Origin: Trichodelitschia bisporula | Taxonomy: Eukaryota | Reading direction: 5' to 3' | Assembly (NCBI GenBank): GCA_010356995.1 | Contig: ML996706.1 | Span: forward strand, 377,789 to 441,788 | DNA: 64,000 nucleotides | Shown here: positions 25,446-38,856 of the stretch, in pieces | Numbering within the stretch: the stretch's first letter is position 1 | How the letters are laid out: every line of letters begins with the position of its first letter | The notes under the pieces: generated by a model | What the model was told of the DNA's origin: nothing | Database searches by the model: none | What the model saw: the letters and a program-made list of their open reading frames with translations, nothing else | Program-made: the position numbers and the translations under genes

Positions 25446-27827
25446 TCAGCACCGCTCAAAAACCCGATATAACCCCTTCAAACTCGCCACCTCAAGCACC
25501 CCCTCCCTCAGCGCCCCAGTGGGCACCAACCTCGCCCTGAACGCCGGAAACAAAACCTCCTCCAGCGCAGCCCTCACATGCTCGCGCCTCTTAGCTATCT
25601 CCTCATCCTCAACCACAGCCTCCTCACCCTCACCCAGCGGGGTCGGCGGCGGGGGCAACGGCTCCGGTTTATAGAACCGTGCGAGCTGCTGGAGGAACGT
25701 CTGGAAGCAGGCCTTTTCCTCGTACCAATTGACGCGGGGACCGAGACCGAGGAGGAAGGACGGGAGCTTGGTGAGGGACGGCGTGTACCCCTTTACCAGG
25801 AGTGGGATGGAGAGGAGTTGGCCTTCCTCGCTGATTTCGAGCGCGAAGTATTCGGCTAGCATGTCGCGGCGCTCGAGAAGCTGGTCGAGCACGCTCTTGA
25901 CGACGGCTTGCCATTCGATATCCTCACCCGGAGCGGCGGCAGCCTCCTGCTCGGCGGCGAGGGTAAGAACTGCCTCGAGGTCAAGCGGGGGATCGAAGCG
26001 GATAGTTCCGAAGTTAGCAAAGTCCGTGAGGCCCAGCTGGTAAAAGTACTCGTAGCACAGCAAAGCATAGTCAACGAAGTACAGCTTCACGCCGCTCTGG
26101 ACGGCAGCAATACGGCGGCGCTCATCAACGATACCGACGAACGTATGCGCTGCGAAGAGCGCCGTGAACTCCGCATACATATCGTCGCGCACCTCGGCGC
26201 GCAGCTCCTTAACGCTGGCAAGCCGGCAAAGCACCGGTTCCTTGTCCGTGACTTCGTACGCTATTTGCTCGCTTCTTCCCGCACCCTTGCCGCTGGTGAT
26301 CCGGGGTGCGGCGGTGGGTGGCAGAAAGCTGGTTATCTTCTGCACCCTGGAGTCTGTCCGCACTAGGTTGTTTTCGTAGGGCTTCTGTGTCTGCATCCCT
26401 GGGGTCTTGCGATTGCTGCCTGATTCTGCCTGCTGCCCGACCTGGCTGTCAGTCGACCGTGCAGGGGTGAAGAGATTGGTCAGCGGTGTTTTGCTCCCTG
26501 GGAGGAGGGTTTGGATCATGAATGTTCTTCCTTCGTCGACCTTTCCGAGCGATTTTCGCACCTCGTCGCAGATAGTTTCGATGATCTCATCCTCGTGCAA
26601 GAAGTTAACTTCTCGCTTAGTTGGGTGTACATTGACATCGACGCGGTGCGGCTCGATTTCGAGACTCAGATAGACGAAAGGATGCCCGCCCTTCGGCAGG
26701 AAAGCCTTGTACGTCTCCTCGATGGCCTTGCGGATCGCTGTCGACTCGACCGAGCGGTGGTTGATGAACAACAACAGCGTCGTCTTCTTCACGCTGTAGT
26801 TGGCATTGCTGATGTACCCATCAGCCTTGAAACCCCAACGGGCGCTCGCAGCTTCGAGGGCGATCAGCTCGCTGGCAACCGGGTTCCCATGGACCTGGCG
26901 GATACGGTCGATGGTACTCGCGGCGGCGGGTACAGATATACTCGTGCTCGCTTCGCCAAACTTCTTACACGAGAAGGCGACATTCTCGCAGTGAACGGCG
27001 TGGCGGCCCACGAGATCGAGGATTTTGGCGTATTCTTCACTTTCGCTGCGGAATGCACGTCGCCGGGTTGGGACATTGTAGAAGAGATCCTCAACCTGTA
27101 TGACGCGTTAATATTTTTGGGGGAAGATCAAAGTCACGCGCTGGGGGGAGGGGAGGACAAGGGGGGCACACCTACCACTATCTGAGTGCCATGTCGGCCG
27201 GCCGTGGGTTTGGGGTCGGTGCTCTGGCCTGGCTTCGCCGGCACCAACCTGCCGTCGGCGTACAGAGCTCGCCAGGCACAGCTGCTGTCCTGAGTGCGGG
27301 TGGTGACGGTCAAATGGGCGATGTGGGAGATGCTGGCCAGAGCCTCGCCGCGGAAGCCATAGGTGCCGATGGAGGCTAGGTCGTCGAAAGTCTGAAGCTT
27401 AGAGGTGGTGAAGCGCTCGCACAGCAGGGGTAAATCGTCCTTCTACGCCTAGTCAAAAAACGCCATCGCCGTCATAGGCGGGGGTGGGGAAGGTGGGGCG
27501 CACATGAATGCCATGACCATTGTCAGTTATCTGCAGTAGCTTCAGGCCGCCGCCTTTAGCCAGGATGTCGAGCTGCGTAGAGCCGGCATCGACGGCATTT
27601 TCGATGAGCTCCTTTAGGGCATGTACCGGCGCAACGATAATCTCGCCCGCGGCAATTTTGTTGACGACGTCCTGAGCGAGCGGCTGGATTCGGCGTGGCG
27701 CGGTGATAGGCGGAGATTCATCCGCTTTCCGCTTGACACCCCTTGACAGCGGCGACGACGACGATGATGGTGAGGGGTCGTCGAGATCCATAGCCGAGGA
27801 CGGAGCAGAAGGTTGGGGGGAGGCCAT
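25446..27827 (-). CDS. MLH1: DNA mismatch repair protein MutL homologue 1 (3 exons)
   Basis: [63 protein letters not shown], and the Mlh1-type C-terminal LYRVFERC. Confidence 0.97.
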
Positions 27828-28802
27828 GGCTGCGGGTACGGCAAGGCAATGCAGGTCTAGAGCATTTGTACAGCTGCGCAGGGATGGACGAGGGAGCGCT
27901 CTTTTCCCGGGACTGGGGCAGGGGAGCACGAGGAGACGGACGGTCGGAGAGGAGGCAATTGAGAGCCTGGGTTTACAACAGTACGATAATGAGAAAGGCG
28001 AATTGCAAAAGAGAGCACAGGGGTCAGGGAGTGGTTCCGTTGGTTCTTTGGACAGTGCGGCTAAAAACCAAGCTGTTCACCGGGTTGTTGGGGATGAAGG
28101 ATGTAGGGTGTAGGGATTTGGGGATGGAACGGGGATATGGGGGGAGTTTGCAGCAGGTGGTGATAACAACCAGCGGCAATTCGTCAGGTCGTCTGTTGAC
28201 GCTTCTCTGCCATTTTTGACTTGCAGTCACAGCAACGCGGGGATGCCCTGTCCGTTGACGCCTTACCTACCGCCTCGTTGCCTCCCAGCCCCAGTCCAGC
28301 CAGCCTCCTCCTCCTGCACCCCCCACTCCCCCTCACCCTCCCACCGGTATTCGCGCCTGTCACCAGCGTCAGAGCGTCACCACACGAGGAAACACCATGC
28401 GGCAGCACGGCAGCAAAGAGTCACTGTCACTGGCATGCCGCCTCTCCCGCAGCCACAATGCCCTTCTCATGCTTCATCCTACACGTGATGACTCTGCGTA
28501 ATCAGCCCTAGAAAAGTCATGTGCAGAATGGGAACAAAATGTCCCGCTCGGATTTCTTTTCTCCATCTCTCTCCTCTCATCTCTTGCTCTCGCCTTAAGC
28601 CAATTCTGTCGCAAAAGTTGTCGTTGTAGATTCGTTGGTCGCAGTCGCCTCGTCCTCGAATATCTCATGCGAAGGGGCTCCTGGCTCCCTTGCGCTATCA
28701 GCCTGCTTGTCGCCTTGGGTTTCGAGAAAGTACATCGACTTGAGCCCATAGATTAAATTCGTCCCCGAGCCATCGGTAACTGCATCTCGCGAAGCAAATT
28801 AG

Positions 28803-31123
28803 ATGGATCGCGCTCTCGAGCAGTAAGCAATTGCAAGGCCCCCTACAAATGCCCCTGCTGACCCCATGAGCAGTAGCGGAATTAAGAGGAACAAGAAGGC
28901 CTGTACAGAATGTAGACAGCAAAAGGTACGTCGAATGCACCACGGTCGCTTCAACATCGCCAATCGTCCCCTTCCCAGGTTCGCTGCGACGCAAAGGTCG
29001 ACTCGTCCGACCCTTGTACGCGATGTCGCAAGATGCAGTTAAAGTGTGTCATATCCGACCCATTTAAGCGCGAGCACAAGCGCCAGTAAGTCCCTCTTGG
29101 TGCCTCCATCCGCGTGCTCGGCTAAAGGCGTTGTACCAAGGAGGTTGTCCGAATTGGAGCAGGAGACCAACGAGCTCCGCCAGAAGCTGCAGGCCCGGCA
29201 TTCGTGGAACGGCTTCGTTGCTACCCCGGCAGCGAGTATTGAGTCCAACATCTCCACCATGAATGGCGTCCTCCATGCGAGGCGCACTTCGTCCATCATC
29301 TCGCCGTCCGGCGACCCTCCGTCGATTGGAACCACGGCTATCGGAACCGAAGAGCCCGAGGAGCACCCCGTTTCCAGCCCGACGTTGCCCACGCAGCCGC
29401 AGATCCTTGAAGGCGTCCATGTTCCTGCGGCTCTGGTGGATGAGTTGTTCAGGCGGTATGCATACCCCCCGAACAATGTGCCCCAGTGCTGATGCTTTCA
29501 AGATTCTTTGATGATTTTTCGCACTTTCTGCCCGTGTTAGAGCAGCATCTGAGCCCTAATGCGTACTACCAGCAGTCGGAGTTTCTGTTCTGGGCTATCA
29601 TTGGCGTTGCGTGTCGCAACTTTCCAAAGAACCCGACCCTGTTGGACTCGCTCGGTGAAAAGATCCTGACCCTGGCCCTTATGTCTCTCCGACAACCGTC
29701 AGTGCCGAACATCAAGGGACTGCTCCTCATCATGACATGGCCGCTGCCGCGCAGCGCCTCCTCTACCGACATCACCTATGCCATTTCAGGCTCCCTCTTG
29801 CACCTGGCCATGCAAATCGGACTCCACATCCCCACTTCAAGTCAGGACTTTTCCCGAGTCAAGGTTTGCCTCACGGAAGCAGAAATCGCCAAACGTGCTG
29901 AACTGTGGGGCTACTGCATTGTCACTTACCAGCGGTGAGTTTTGTCGTCCGCTGAGCTCGGACCGCCCCCACTAAGTACTCAACAGCGCATGCAGTCTGA
30001 AAGGGCACTCGCCGTTGGCCATGATGGAAACGTATCAGGACTCGGAGCAACGACATGCATTGTTTTCTCGCATCTCACCGGCGTTGCGGTTTCAGCTGAG
30101 GTTGAACGGCTTAGTCACTCGCTGCTGCTCGGCCTTGCTGCAAAATGGCCTTCGCACGATGACAAGGGAGCAAGAGCATTCATTGGATGTTTTCATCCGC
30201 GTATTTGAGGCGAGCTTGAAGGACGTCGAGCCCGAGGCCACATCTGGTAAGGTTGCGTTATCAGTGGCGCGGCTTTGCTGACTTGGCTAGAACTGGACAA
30301 GCTCTACCTCTACGTCTCGCGGTTGACAGTCCAAGTGTTCCATCTCTACAAGGACCAACCCAAAACCTTCCCGACTTTCCTCTTGACACGCCTTTATTCC
30401 AGCGCGTCTTTGGTGCTGCGGCACATTGACCGCCTCGACAGCACTGGCGTGATCAAAGCGGCATCAGCGCCATTCTATTTCGTCTTTGCGACCATTCTGT
30501 CGACGGTTGTCATCTTGCGACTTTTGAAGAGCTCGGTATCAAGTTTCCTGGACGACAATGCCAAAGACACGTTCTTCATGGGCGTCAATATCCTCAAGCG
30601 GCTGTCGATTGAGCACAACGACACAGCGTCACGCATGGTCCTCATCATGACGCAGTTGTGGAACAGCGAAAAGGCCTTTAGGCGGGCCGACGGCACCGAA
30701 TGCACTTCACTGCGGATCAGAACGCGGCTGGCCATGAGCCCGGTATTCGATGCGATTTGGTGGTGGCGGGAAGAGTACGGCAACGAACAAGGAGTGTATG
30801 CTCCGCCATCGGACGTGCGCACAGGTGAGCTTGCTGCAAAATCCCACGTTTTTGGGCAGCATATGCGGGCTGGGGTTGGGGCTGACAAATGGATAGGTTC
30901 GGTGAAGCCAGAAGCGACACCCTCAAGCACAGACGTGCAAGCGTTTCCCAACGCAGCCGCCTTCCCAGCCGCTCCCTTCCAAGAGATATCAAGCTTCTTA
31001 GACGATCAACTTCTGGCCGAGCTGGGCTGGACCAACAGCAGCAACTATCTCTACCCCCAGATCCCGGCTTCCTACGCCAATGACTGGTACAGCCCAACTG
31101 ACCTGAACGGCTTTGCAATTTGA
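28803..31123 (+). CDS. Zn(II)2Cys6 transcription factor, Leu3/LeuB/Sef1-like, multi-exon
   Basis: Spliced binuclear cluster KKACTECRQQKVRCDAKVDSSDPCTRCRKMQLKCVISDPFKREHKR. Middle homology region LAMQIGLH; late motif LRIRTRLAMSPVFDAIWWWR. Start exon inferred. Confidence 0.88.
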
Positions 31124-31797
31124 ACAGGGCAGATCAAGGGCAGGCAAGGGCGGCTAGGCATTATGGCAGGGATACACCCACGCACAAAGCGCGGGATGGC
31201 AGCGCACCCTAAAGGCGGCAATGGCCGCGGGGTGGTCGGGAATATTTCTCTGAGAACGGAAATGGCTACAGGCAGCAGATGCTCGCGTGCTAGAGCCCAC
31301 ACACCCCGGGTATGACGGCATGCACAACCGGCGCCCGGCATGTATGGGGAGCAGAGCCGTGCGCGGTGCGTGCGAGCTCTTTCCGATGCAGAGCGGGGCA
31401 GGCAAACGACTCGTGGTCGGGGCCGGGAAACACTCAGTTGGGATTTGGGGAGCATTTAGGAAGTGGGGGGACTTTCTGGTTGCTCAATGCTATCGAGTAC
31501 TCGGAATTGGCACAGTACCAGTAGGGTACGCGAACAACAAGGCAAAATTCCGCCAAATGTCGGTCAATCGCTCCTCTTGCCCCGCATCCAACCCATGCAG
31601 CATGTGACGTATAGCCGCAGCCTCGTGCCTCGCCACCCCTGTCACCCGGTACCGGTCCGGTCCCCAGTCCCTCACGAAGGCGAAGACTTGGCAACGCGGA
31701 ACGGCCTCGGGAGCGAACGAAAGAGGTGCTCGAATAAAAGCAGCGGTGCGCGGAATGCCGAGCGCACTTTAATCTGTGGCACCTTCAGAAACTCGAC

Positions 31798-33570
31798 ATG
31801 GTTGCCAAACACGAGAAGGAGCCCGGCGCCAGCAGCACCGCGCCAGATGCGGAACCACCGGCCGAAAAAGTCGTACCCGTCGAGAACGATGCGGCTTCTT
31901 CCGATGTGCCGTATTCGATATACACGACCAATCAGAAGCGATTGATGGTGCTGGCGGGCAGCCTCGCGGCCTTTTTTTCGCCGTTGAGTGCGAATATTTA
32001 TATGCCGGCGCTTAATACCCTCGCTAAGGATCTCCATGTGTCGAATACGCTCATCGGGTTTACGGTTACGTCGTATTTGGTGAGTGGGGTGCGGGTTCTG
32101 GGGGCCGGGCGGTGCTCACAGCAAGCAGATATTCCAGGGTCTGGCACCGACGTTCGTAGGCGCGTTCGCCGATGCCCAGGGTTCGTGAACCATACGTCAA
32201 CCGTTCAATATAAGCATGCGGCTAATTTTATAGGGCGCCGGCCCGCCTACATCGGCTGCATAATAATCTACCTCTGCGCCAACATCGGCCTCGCCCTGCA
32301 ACGCAACTACGCCGCGCTCCTCATCCTCCGCTGTCTCCAGAGCTCCGGCTCCTCCGGCACCGTAGCGCTCTCCAATGCCGTCACTGCCGACCTCGTCACT
32401 TCCGCCGAGCGCGGCGCGTATATCGGCTACGCGAGCGTGGCTGCCATCCTCGCGCCGAGTCTTGCGCCTGTGCTCGGCGGGCTCCTTGCGCAGTATGCCG
32501 GCTGGCCGTGGATATTCTGGTTCCTGGTCATTTTTGCCGTGGCCTTTTTCGTGCCGTTTTTTGTCTGGTTCCCGGAGACGTGTCGCCGGATTGTGGGGAA
32601 TGGGTCTATTCCGCCGCCGAGGCTGAATCACAGTTTGCCGACGTGGTTGGCGGAGCGCAGGCTCAAGGCCGCAGGGCAGCATGAGGCGTTTGCCGAGCGG
32701 GATGCCCTGGCCGCGAAGCGACGACTGCAGTTCCCGAGTCCAGTGGACACGCTAAAGATCATTTGCACGCGACTTGCAGGCACAGTCCTGGTAACCAACG
32801 GCCTGCTCTTCAGCTGCTACTACGCAGTCAACGCCTCCCTCCCCTCGCAATTCGAAGCCGCCTACGGTCTAAACGACGTCCAAATCTCGCTAATCTACCT
32901 CCCGCTCGGCGTCGGGTCTCTCCTCTCCGCCTTCACGATCGGGAAGCTTATAGACTGGAATTATAGGCGCCATGCGGCGCGCCTCGGGTTCCCGGTACAG
33001 CGCAACCGGCAGGCTGATCTCTCGGGCTTCCCAATCGAGCGCGCGCGGCTGGAAATCGCGCTCCCGTTACTCGCCTTTGGGGCTGCGAGCATCGTCGTGT
33101 ATGGGTGGCTGCTGGAGGCGCGCGTAAGCATTGCCGGGCCGTGCGTAATGCTGTTCGGGCTCGGGTATGCGGTGGTCGCAGGCTTCAACACCATGGCGGT
33201 ACTCATGATCGACGTGTACCCCGGTGCGCCGGCGACGGCAACGGCGGCGAATAATCTGGTGAGGTGTTGGATGGGGGCGGGGGCGACGGCTTTTGTGATT
33301 CCGTTGACGGAGAAGATTGGGGTGGGGTGGACGTGTACGCTGTTTAGTGGGGTTTGGGTGGTGTTTTCGTTTCCGATGTTGATTATGTTGATGAGGCGGG
33401 GGCCGCGGTGGAGGGAGGAGACGAGGGATAGGGAGGAGAGGAGGAGGAAGGCGAAGGAGGTGGAGGGGGGGGAGGGGGAGGGTGGGGAGCCGTTGACGGA
33501 GGGTGTGGGGTCGGGGGAGAAGGAGGCTGGGGCGAGGGAGGAGGTGGTGGGGAAGGAAATGAAGGTGTAG
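31798..33570 (+). CDS. MFS drug:H+ antiporter (DHA1, Qdr/Aqr1-like), 3 exons
   Basis: FFSPLSANIYMPAL, IFQGLAPTFVGAFADAQGRRP after removing introns 32080-32128 and 32181-32233, RCLQSSGSS, WPWIFWFL, PET, FPIERARL, AANNLVRC. Confidence 0.93.
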   Translation: MVAKHEKEPGASSTAPDAEPPAEKVVPVENDAASSDVPYSIYTTNQKRLMVLAGSLAAFFSPLSANIYMPALNTLAKDLHVSNTLIGFTVTSYLVSGVRVLGAGRCSQQADIPGSGTDVRRRVRRCPGFVNHTSTVQYKHAANFIGRRPAYIGCIIIYLCANIGLALQRNYAALLILRCLQSSGSSGTVALSNAVTADLVTSAERGAYIGYASVAAILAPSLAPVLGGLLAQYAGWPWIFWFLVIFAVAFFVPFFVWFPETCRRIVGNGSIPPPRLNHSLPTWLAERRLKAAGQHEAFAERDALAAKRRLQFPSPVDTLKIICTRLAGTVLVTNGLLFSCYYAVNASLPSQFEAAYGLNDVQISLIYLPLGVGSLLSAFTIGKLIDWNYRRHAARLGFPVQRNRQADLSGFPIERARLEIALPLLAFGAASIVVYGWLLEARVSIAGPCVMLFGLGYAVVAGFNTMAVLMIDVYPGAPATATAANNLVRCWMGAGATAFVIPLTEKIGVGWTCTLFSGVWVVFSFPMLIMLMRRGPRWREETRDREERRRKAKEVEGGEGEGGEPLTEGVGSGEKEAGAREEVVGKEMKV

Positions 33571-34074
33571 AATTTGGATTGGGAGTTTTGGGGCGGTGTC
33601 TTAGAACTAGATGGGCGTTTTAGATATCATTTATTCCATGGGTAGTCGTCCGTCGATGTTGCATCACCTCAGCCTTGCGGCTCACGTGACCGCGTGTGGT
33701 GTACGGCATGCCCTTGTTCCCTCGATACTTGATTCTTCCTCCCATCAGTATGAATGATGAAAGAAGGATATTGGCCTTAGAGAAGGGATAGAGTCTGTTT
33801 TGTCAAATGGGTCTGGCAACGGGATGCTTCTCTACGGAGGAAATGGCGAAACAGGAACACATCTCATGTCGATATGAGGAAGGAGCATTGGTAGACATGA
33901 AGGAACAGGGCGGACATGATGTAGTGTGCGCATGACAGCAGGAAAGAGCATAGGAGAATAATTATGCCCATGTCGCTGGACACAGCGCATAGAGCCGATC
34001 CTCACCGCGGGCCATCATAAACCCCAGAAAAGGGCACACCCATTCAACCTCCCCATCCCAGCCGCCATCCATAC

Positions 34075-34915
34075 CTACGGCCACGTCTCCACCTCTGTCC
34101 ACTGTTCCTCTCTATCCTCCCGTTCATCTAATTCCTCCAGCGTATACAATCTCCTCCTCGCCCTGGCCATGTCATTCAAATCTGTCGCCTCAACCTCAAA
34201 CGGCGTGATAACCACAACGCGAAAATTCTCCCTCGCAACCGGGTCCTGCAAATCCTCCACCAACTCGCCCTGCTTCAAACTCGCACTATCGTACTCCTCA
34301 TCCACCGGCTTCCCCGGCGGCGGCGCCTTGAAGCTCCCTGCAACGATCAGCTGCGGTCCCGCATCAGGCCAGAACCTACTAACCGCGCATCACGGGCGCC
34401 ATGTTCCCAAAATGCGCCTCCACCTCGCGCTTCCAGCTCCACCCAGTCCCCTCCCCCACCCTTCTCATCCACTGCGAAACCACCACCCGGGCCGTCACTC
34501 TTTCATGGTGCGACCTAACCTCCCGATCCGCCTCCTCTAGGTCAAGCACATACGCCTTCCCCCTAACCCGCCACTGCACCCCCGCCTCACGGGCCCAAAA
34601 AACCGCTTCAACGTCCGCGCCCCCGCTCCCGTCCCTATTCGCCTCCGGGTGGCGCGTCAACTCACGCACCTTTTCGCTCCGCGCGTCGGTCGTGAATGTC
34701 AGGCAGTCGGATTCATAGATCGGCGGGTTGCGCGGGGCGGGGTTGTGGACGGAGGTAGGGAGAGCGGTCCAGAAGCCGCGGAAGATGCAGGTGCGAGCGC
34801 GGGGGAGGAATGGTCGGGTGGTGGTTGTGGTTGCGAGGGTGAATTCGGGGGAGGGCATTTGCGAGATGTGGGTGAGGAAGGAGGAGCGCCAGGGGGCGGG
34901 GGCGGGGACGGGCAT
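34075..34915 (-). CDS. Pyridoxamine 5'-phosphate oxidase-like FMN-binding split-barrel protein (2 exons)
   Basis: APWR, FTLAT, PRARTCIFRGF, TFTTDARSEKV, VEAVFW...VQWRVRG, then after an intron near 34338-34383 SFKAPPPG, ARENFRVVVI, ETWP*. Confidence 0.85.
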
Positions 34916-35067
34916 TGTGGGTTGTGGGTTGTGGGTTGCGGGTGGGATGGGAAGCGTTTGTGGGGAGTTGGACTGGAGAAGGGATACTAGAGGAAATGGA
35001 CGTGTACTGTAGCTGTGAGGTGAGGGGCATCGCAGTGCATCGCGGGGCATCGCGGTTCCTTACCCCG

Positions 35068-35075
35068 TGACGTCA
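35068..35075. promoter_or_regulatory. CRE palindrome TGACGTCA next to three GCATCGC copies, upstream of the oxidase-like gene
   Basis: Exact match about 150 nt upstream of the ATG at 34915; function untested. Confidence 0.3.
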
Positions 35076-36000
35076 GCAGGCCCACCCATCATGGGTGTTG
35101 ATTGGTTGTCTATTCAACGTCGACAGCAACAACATGAGCCTCTTCCATCAGTCCATCTTCTCAGTTTCTTCTTTTCAATTGACTGACATGGTGCTCCTAC
35201 CTGATATATCTCCATTACCACGCGCCTGTCCCGTATGTGGCGCCAGACTAATCACAGTTTGCGAGGCAGTTTACGCCTCACATGGTGGTTGACAAGCTCC
35301 CTCCTTTCTACTTCTAAGCTCAGGAAAGAGCAATGCTTCTCCCTGATGCCTAAAGGCCGTAGGTCCAGTGGGTTGGGTTGCTACACATCTTCACTGTCCG
35401 AGACAACCCCAGGAGATGCGTGCCGAAGCCTTTAGCCATCCGTCCTCCATGTCTTTCCCACGGGGGATACGAAGTTGTACTGTGCCGGATCTGGTGTCGA
35501 GAAGGGTGGATCAGTGCCCGATAATAGATCTGCCCCGAGTCAGCAGTAATTTCATGGCTAGAGCCAGAGATAGGTCCATACTGACAGCTGTTGTACGTCC
35601 AGAAACTGGCGATAGTCCCGGGAACTAAGCGGCCTTCGACTTCATATCACACTCCATATCACCACCACAAAACGCGTAACCGGGATGCAGAATGTGTAGC
35701 AACTACCGCTATTCCACCTCCTAACACCATCCAAATCCCATTCCAAAGTCCCATGGTATCAACGAGTCCCAAGTCCTCAATGTATGTACCCAAAACGACC
35801 GTGACTGTGCGAACAAGAAAAACGACAGTCAACCCTCTAAGCACAGAAAAAGAAAAGCCAACTTTTTCTCCGTTCTCCCATATGTTCAAAAAGACAGCCC
35901 ACAACACCAGGATGTGCTCCCCGCCCAGTTCACATGCCATAGAATCGCCCGCTAGTACGCAATCAAAGAAAAAGAGACGCCAAAGAAACAGGAAGGAGCG

Positions 36001-36948
36001 TTACGTCCTTGCCACATACCGCAGCCGCGGCGGCAATAGCGCGAGCGCATCCTCCAAGTCGTCGTCCCCTTCCCCATCGTCCGCCTCGATTTGCAGCCCG
36101 CCCTCGACCACCGCCGCCGCAAGCACCCCCCCAGATACTTTGATATCCTGCTTGACGATGAGTGTATCCGCCTCCGCCTCCTCCTCCTCCTCCTCCTGCT
36201 TACGCATCTTGACCTCCACCTTCAGCCTCTCAACCTGCTCCCCAGCCAACCTCTGAATCTCCACAAACACGCTCCTCGCACCTTCGATCTCCGCGCTCGA
36301 AACCCCATCACGCAAGAACTGATGCGCGCCCCTCTCGCAAAACGCCTGCGCCTTCTCCAGCTGCCGATCCGCCTCGGCAAGCACCTCGTCAGGGCTCGCA
36401 TCAGGCCTCAGCCCCGTCGACCCGCTGTACAACGCCTCCATGCGGCTGGCCATGCGCGCCTTGCGGATGGCGGCACGTCCGCTCCCAACGTAGCGTACCA
36501 GTACCTCGAAGGCGGACTGCACCTCGCTATCGTAGTACACGACCACCATGCCGTGCCGGTTCGAGCGATAGTGTTCTGAGATGCCGATTGAGATATGGCT
36601 AGCTGACGCGTCGGCGACGGCGGGCCCGCGCTTACGCTCTTTGGATTCGCCGCGTGTAGCCGAGAGGAGCGAGCCGGGCTTGCGTTTACGTAGGAGGAAG
36701 GAGCTTTTCTTCGGGGTCGAAGGGCCGGGACTGGGGCTCGGGGGCTCTGTGGCGTCGCTATTACGGTCTCGCCGTCGGATAGATTTATTGGAGCTGGATC
36801 TGCGTGGGCTCTTGTGTGGAGAGGAGGACTCGAGGCGGGCGAGCTCGGCCTGGCGGGCAGCGATTCGGGCTTCGAGGGAAGTGAGGGCGGAAAGCCAGGT
36901 GGGGACGTTTTCGGTAAGGAGGGTGAAGCATTTCAGCGATTCGGTCAT
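36001..36948 (-). CDS. Fungal hypothetical protein (helical, coiled coil), intronless
   Basis: 315-aa ORF with ordered blocks VVYYDSEVQSAFEVLVR..GR..IRK and LEKAQAFCERGAHQFLRDG, which resemble uncharacterised Pezizomycotina proteins (recollection, not searched). Confidence 0.8.
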   Translation of the reverse strand: MTESLKCFTLLTENVPTWLSALTSLEARIAARQAELARLESSSPHKSPRRSSSNKSIRRRDRNSDATEPPSPSPGPSTPKKSSFLLRKRKPGSLLSATRGESKERKRGPAVADASASHISIGISEHYRSNRHGMVVVYYDSEVQSAFEVLVRYVGSGRAAIRKARMASRMEALYSGSTGLRPDASPDEVLAEADRQLEKAQAFCERGAHQFLRDGVSSAEIEGARSVFVEIQRLAGEQVERLKVEVKMRKQEEEEEEAEADTLIVKQDIKVSGGVLAAAVVEGGLQIEADDGEGDDDLEDALALLPPRLRYVART

Positions 36949-37440
36949 TGTGGATGAGTATGTTGGGTTCTATCGGCAGGCCATCAAAGTATTTATTGGT
37001 TCTGGAGCTGGGCGTGTTGTTAGGGTGTTGGTGATGGCGAGGTTGACATCACTCGCGGATCGGCCCCTCTGGTAAGAGGCGCGACGGTTGAGACGTTCTT
37101 TGCGGGCGCGGATGAGGCTCGAAGTGAGGCAGTCGGAGGTTATAACGGTACTGTGAGATGGCGGTCGGAGGATCAACGGCCGATCCGATGATCGTACAGG
37201 AGTGAGGCGGCGGCGCAGGGTAGCGGGAATGACGCGCTGAAGGAAGACAAGAGGCGAAACGAAAGGGTTGAAGAAAAAGGTATGCACGACAGGTGAGAAG
37301 AGCGCGAAAAGGTGATGAGATGGTGAGGATGAGGATGAGTACGGAGTATGTTGCCGTTGAAGGAGACGAGTTTAGAAGTGGCAGGGATTAGGGGGCGGGG
37401 TGCGCAGTGGGCAGTGGATCGCAGGAAGTGGACAGGCCGA

Positions 37441-37488
37441 TGAACCGCTGAACCGCTGAACCGCTGAACCGCTGAACCGCTGAATCGA
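37441..37488. repeat. 8-nt tandem repeat (TGAACCGC)x5 plus a degenerate copy
   Basis: Directly visible, upstream of the 36948 gene. Confidence 0.95.
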
Positions 37489-38856
37489 TAAACTGAAGAA
37501 CCGATGAACTGACGGGAAAACGGGAGGACGAGATGACAACAATACGGGAAGACGAGACGGCGAGAAGGCGAGACGACGCTTTTGTGTTTGCAATCCCCGT
37601 CTTGGCCTTTGGTGAATCCACCTCCAATTAGCGGGGTGACTGCTTGGCCCCGGCCACGGCGTACGGTAACAGCGCACCCTACCCCCGGGTTCAGCGGGCC
37701 ACCCCCCTCAGCCCTAGGCGGGTATCCCCTAAAAGCCCCCTAAATTCACACCCGCTCGATGTGAGACTTCAAGCCGCATGTCCAGCGAACAGTCGAATGG
37801 GAAGGACAGGATGGGGAAAGGTGCCCGATATTATTGACCTATTGCTTTTCCTCATCGCCCCCAGTCATCTCATAAACTTCTCGATACCCAACACTGATCC
37901 TTCGAGACAGACAACCGGCCTGACGAATACATCCCCATTTCACTCCGAGAGCGTACTGAACCGCGCGAATCTCTCTTCTCTTCCCCTTACCCACCCCTCA
38001 GCTCCCACCTCCATCCCAAGTCGGAAACAATAAAGTGCTAAATGTGCCACGTCTGCCCTCCCTCTCTGCCGGCCTCCATAGCGAGCGGAGTCGGCGTGCA
38101 GGTCTGGGACATGGGCCGACCGCATCTCTGGGTCTTCACCTCTTCCGAAGCTGTCTTCACCGAAAACCCAAGTCTGGCCCGGTCCCATGATTACAGCGTA
38201 CTGTACGGATGTAGGATCAGTCCACAATTCACTCACCATCGCTATGTGGACATTGCAACTTTTTGAGCCAAGACGTGAAAAGCACCGAACATAAAAAGGC
38301 GTCAAGCAGGCGTCCCTCGGAGATGCTCCCGTACATCCCCGCACCTCCACCGACGTCGCTGCCACTCCACGCGCTCACAGACCTTTGATAACTAACCTTT
38401 AATTCCTCGCATCTCTCCATATCTTTTACCACACGGGCACCTGCAACCACCCATCGTGTCAACGGCCTCGCCTCACCACCCGCCGCGACACAGCATCAAG
38501 ACAACGCTGCTCGCGCAGCCCTCTGCACTCCTCGCTGACCGCAGACCGCTCCCCCGCCCAGCCCTCCGGGCCGCCGATATCCCCGCCAGGCCAGTCAATC
38601 ATCGTCGCTGGATCCCACGCCTAGACTGCTCGAAGCTCCGCTAACCTTTCCTCCAGTCCGAAGACGTGTGTGATGTGCGCGCCCTCATGACCGCTCCTGC
38701 TGCTGCGCAGCAGCCCCAACCCCACGCGAGCAAGGCACCTAGGATCGTCCCGCTGCCCGGCCGGCGCGGACGCAGTTGCTAGTGACCGTTTTGTAGCCGC
38801 ATCGCGCCACGCTAAGCGCGGCCGTGTTTAGGTTGTGCTGGCGAGATAGGGCGGAC

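Noticed and set aside
32080..32233. MFS ORF stays open through both introns (49+53 nt)
   Set aside because: The unspliced reading puts exon 2 out of frame and destroys the IFQGLAP helix; most likely a coincidence.
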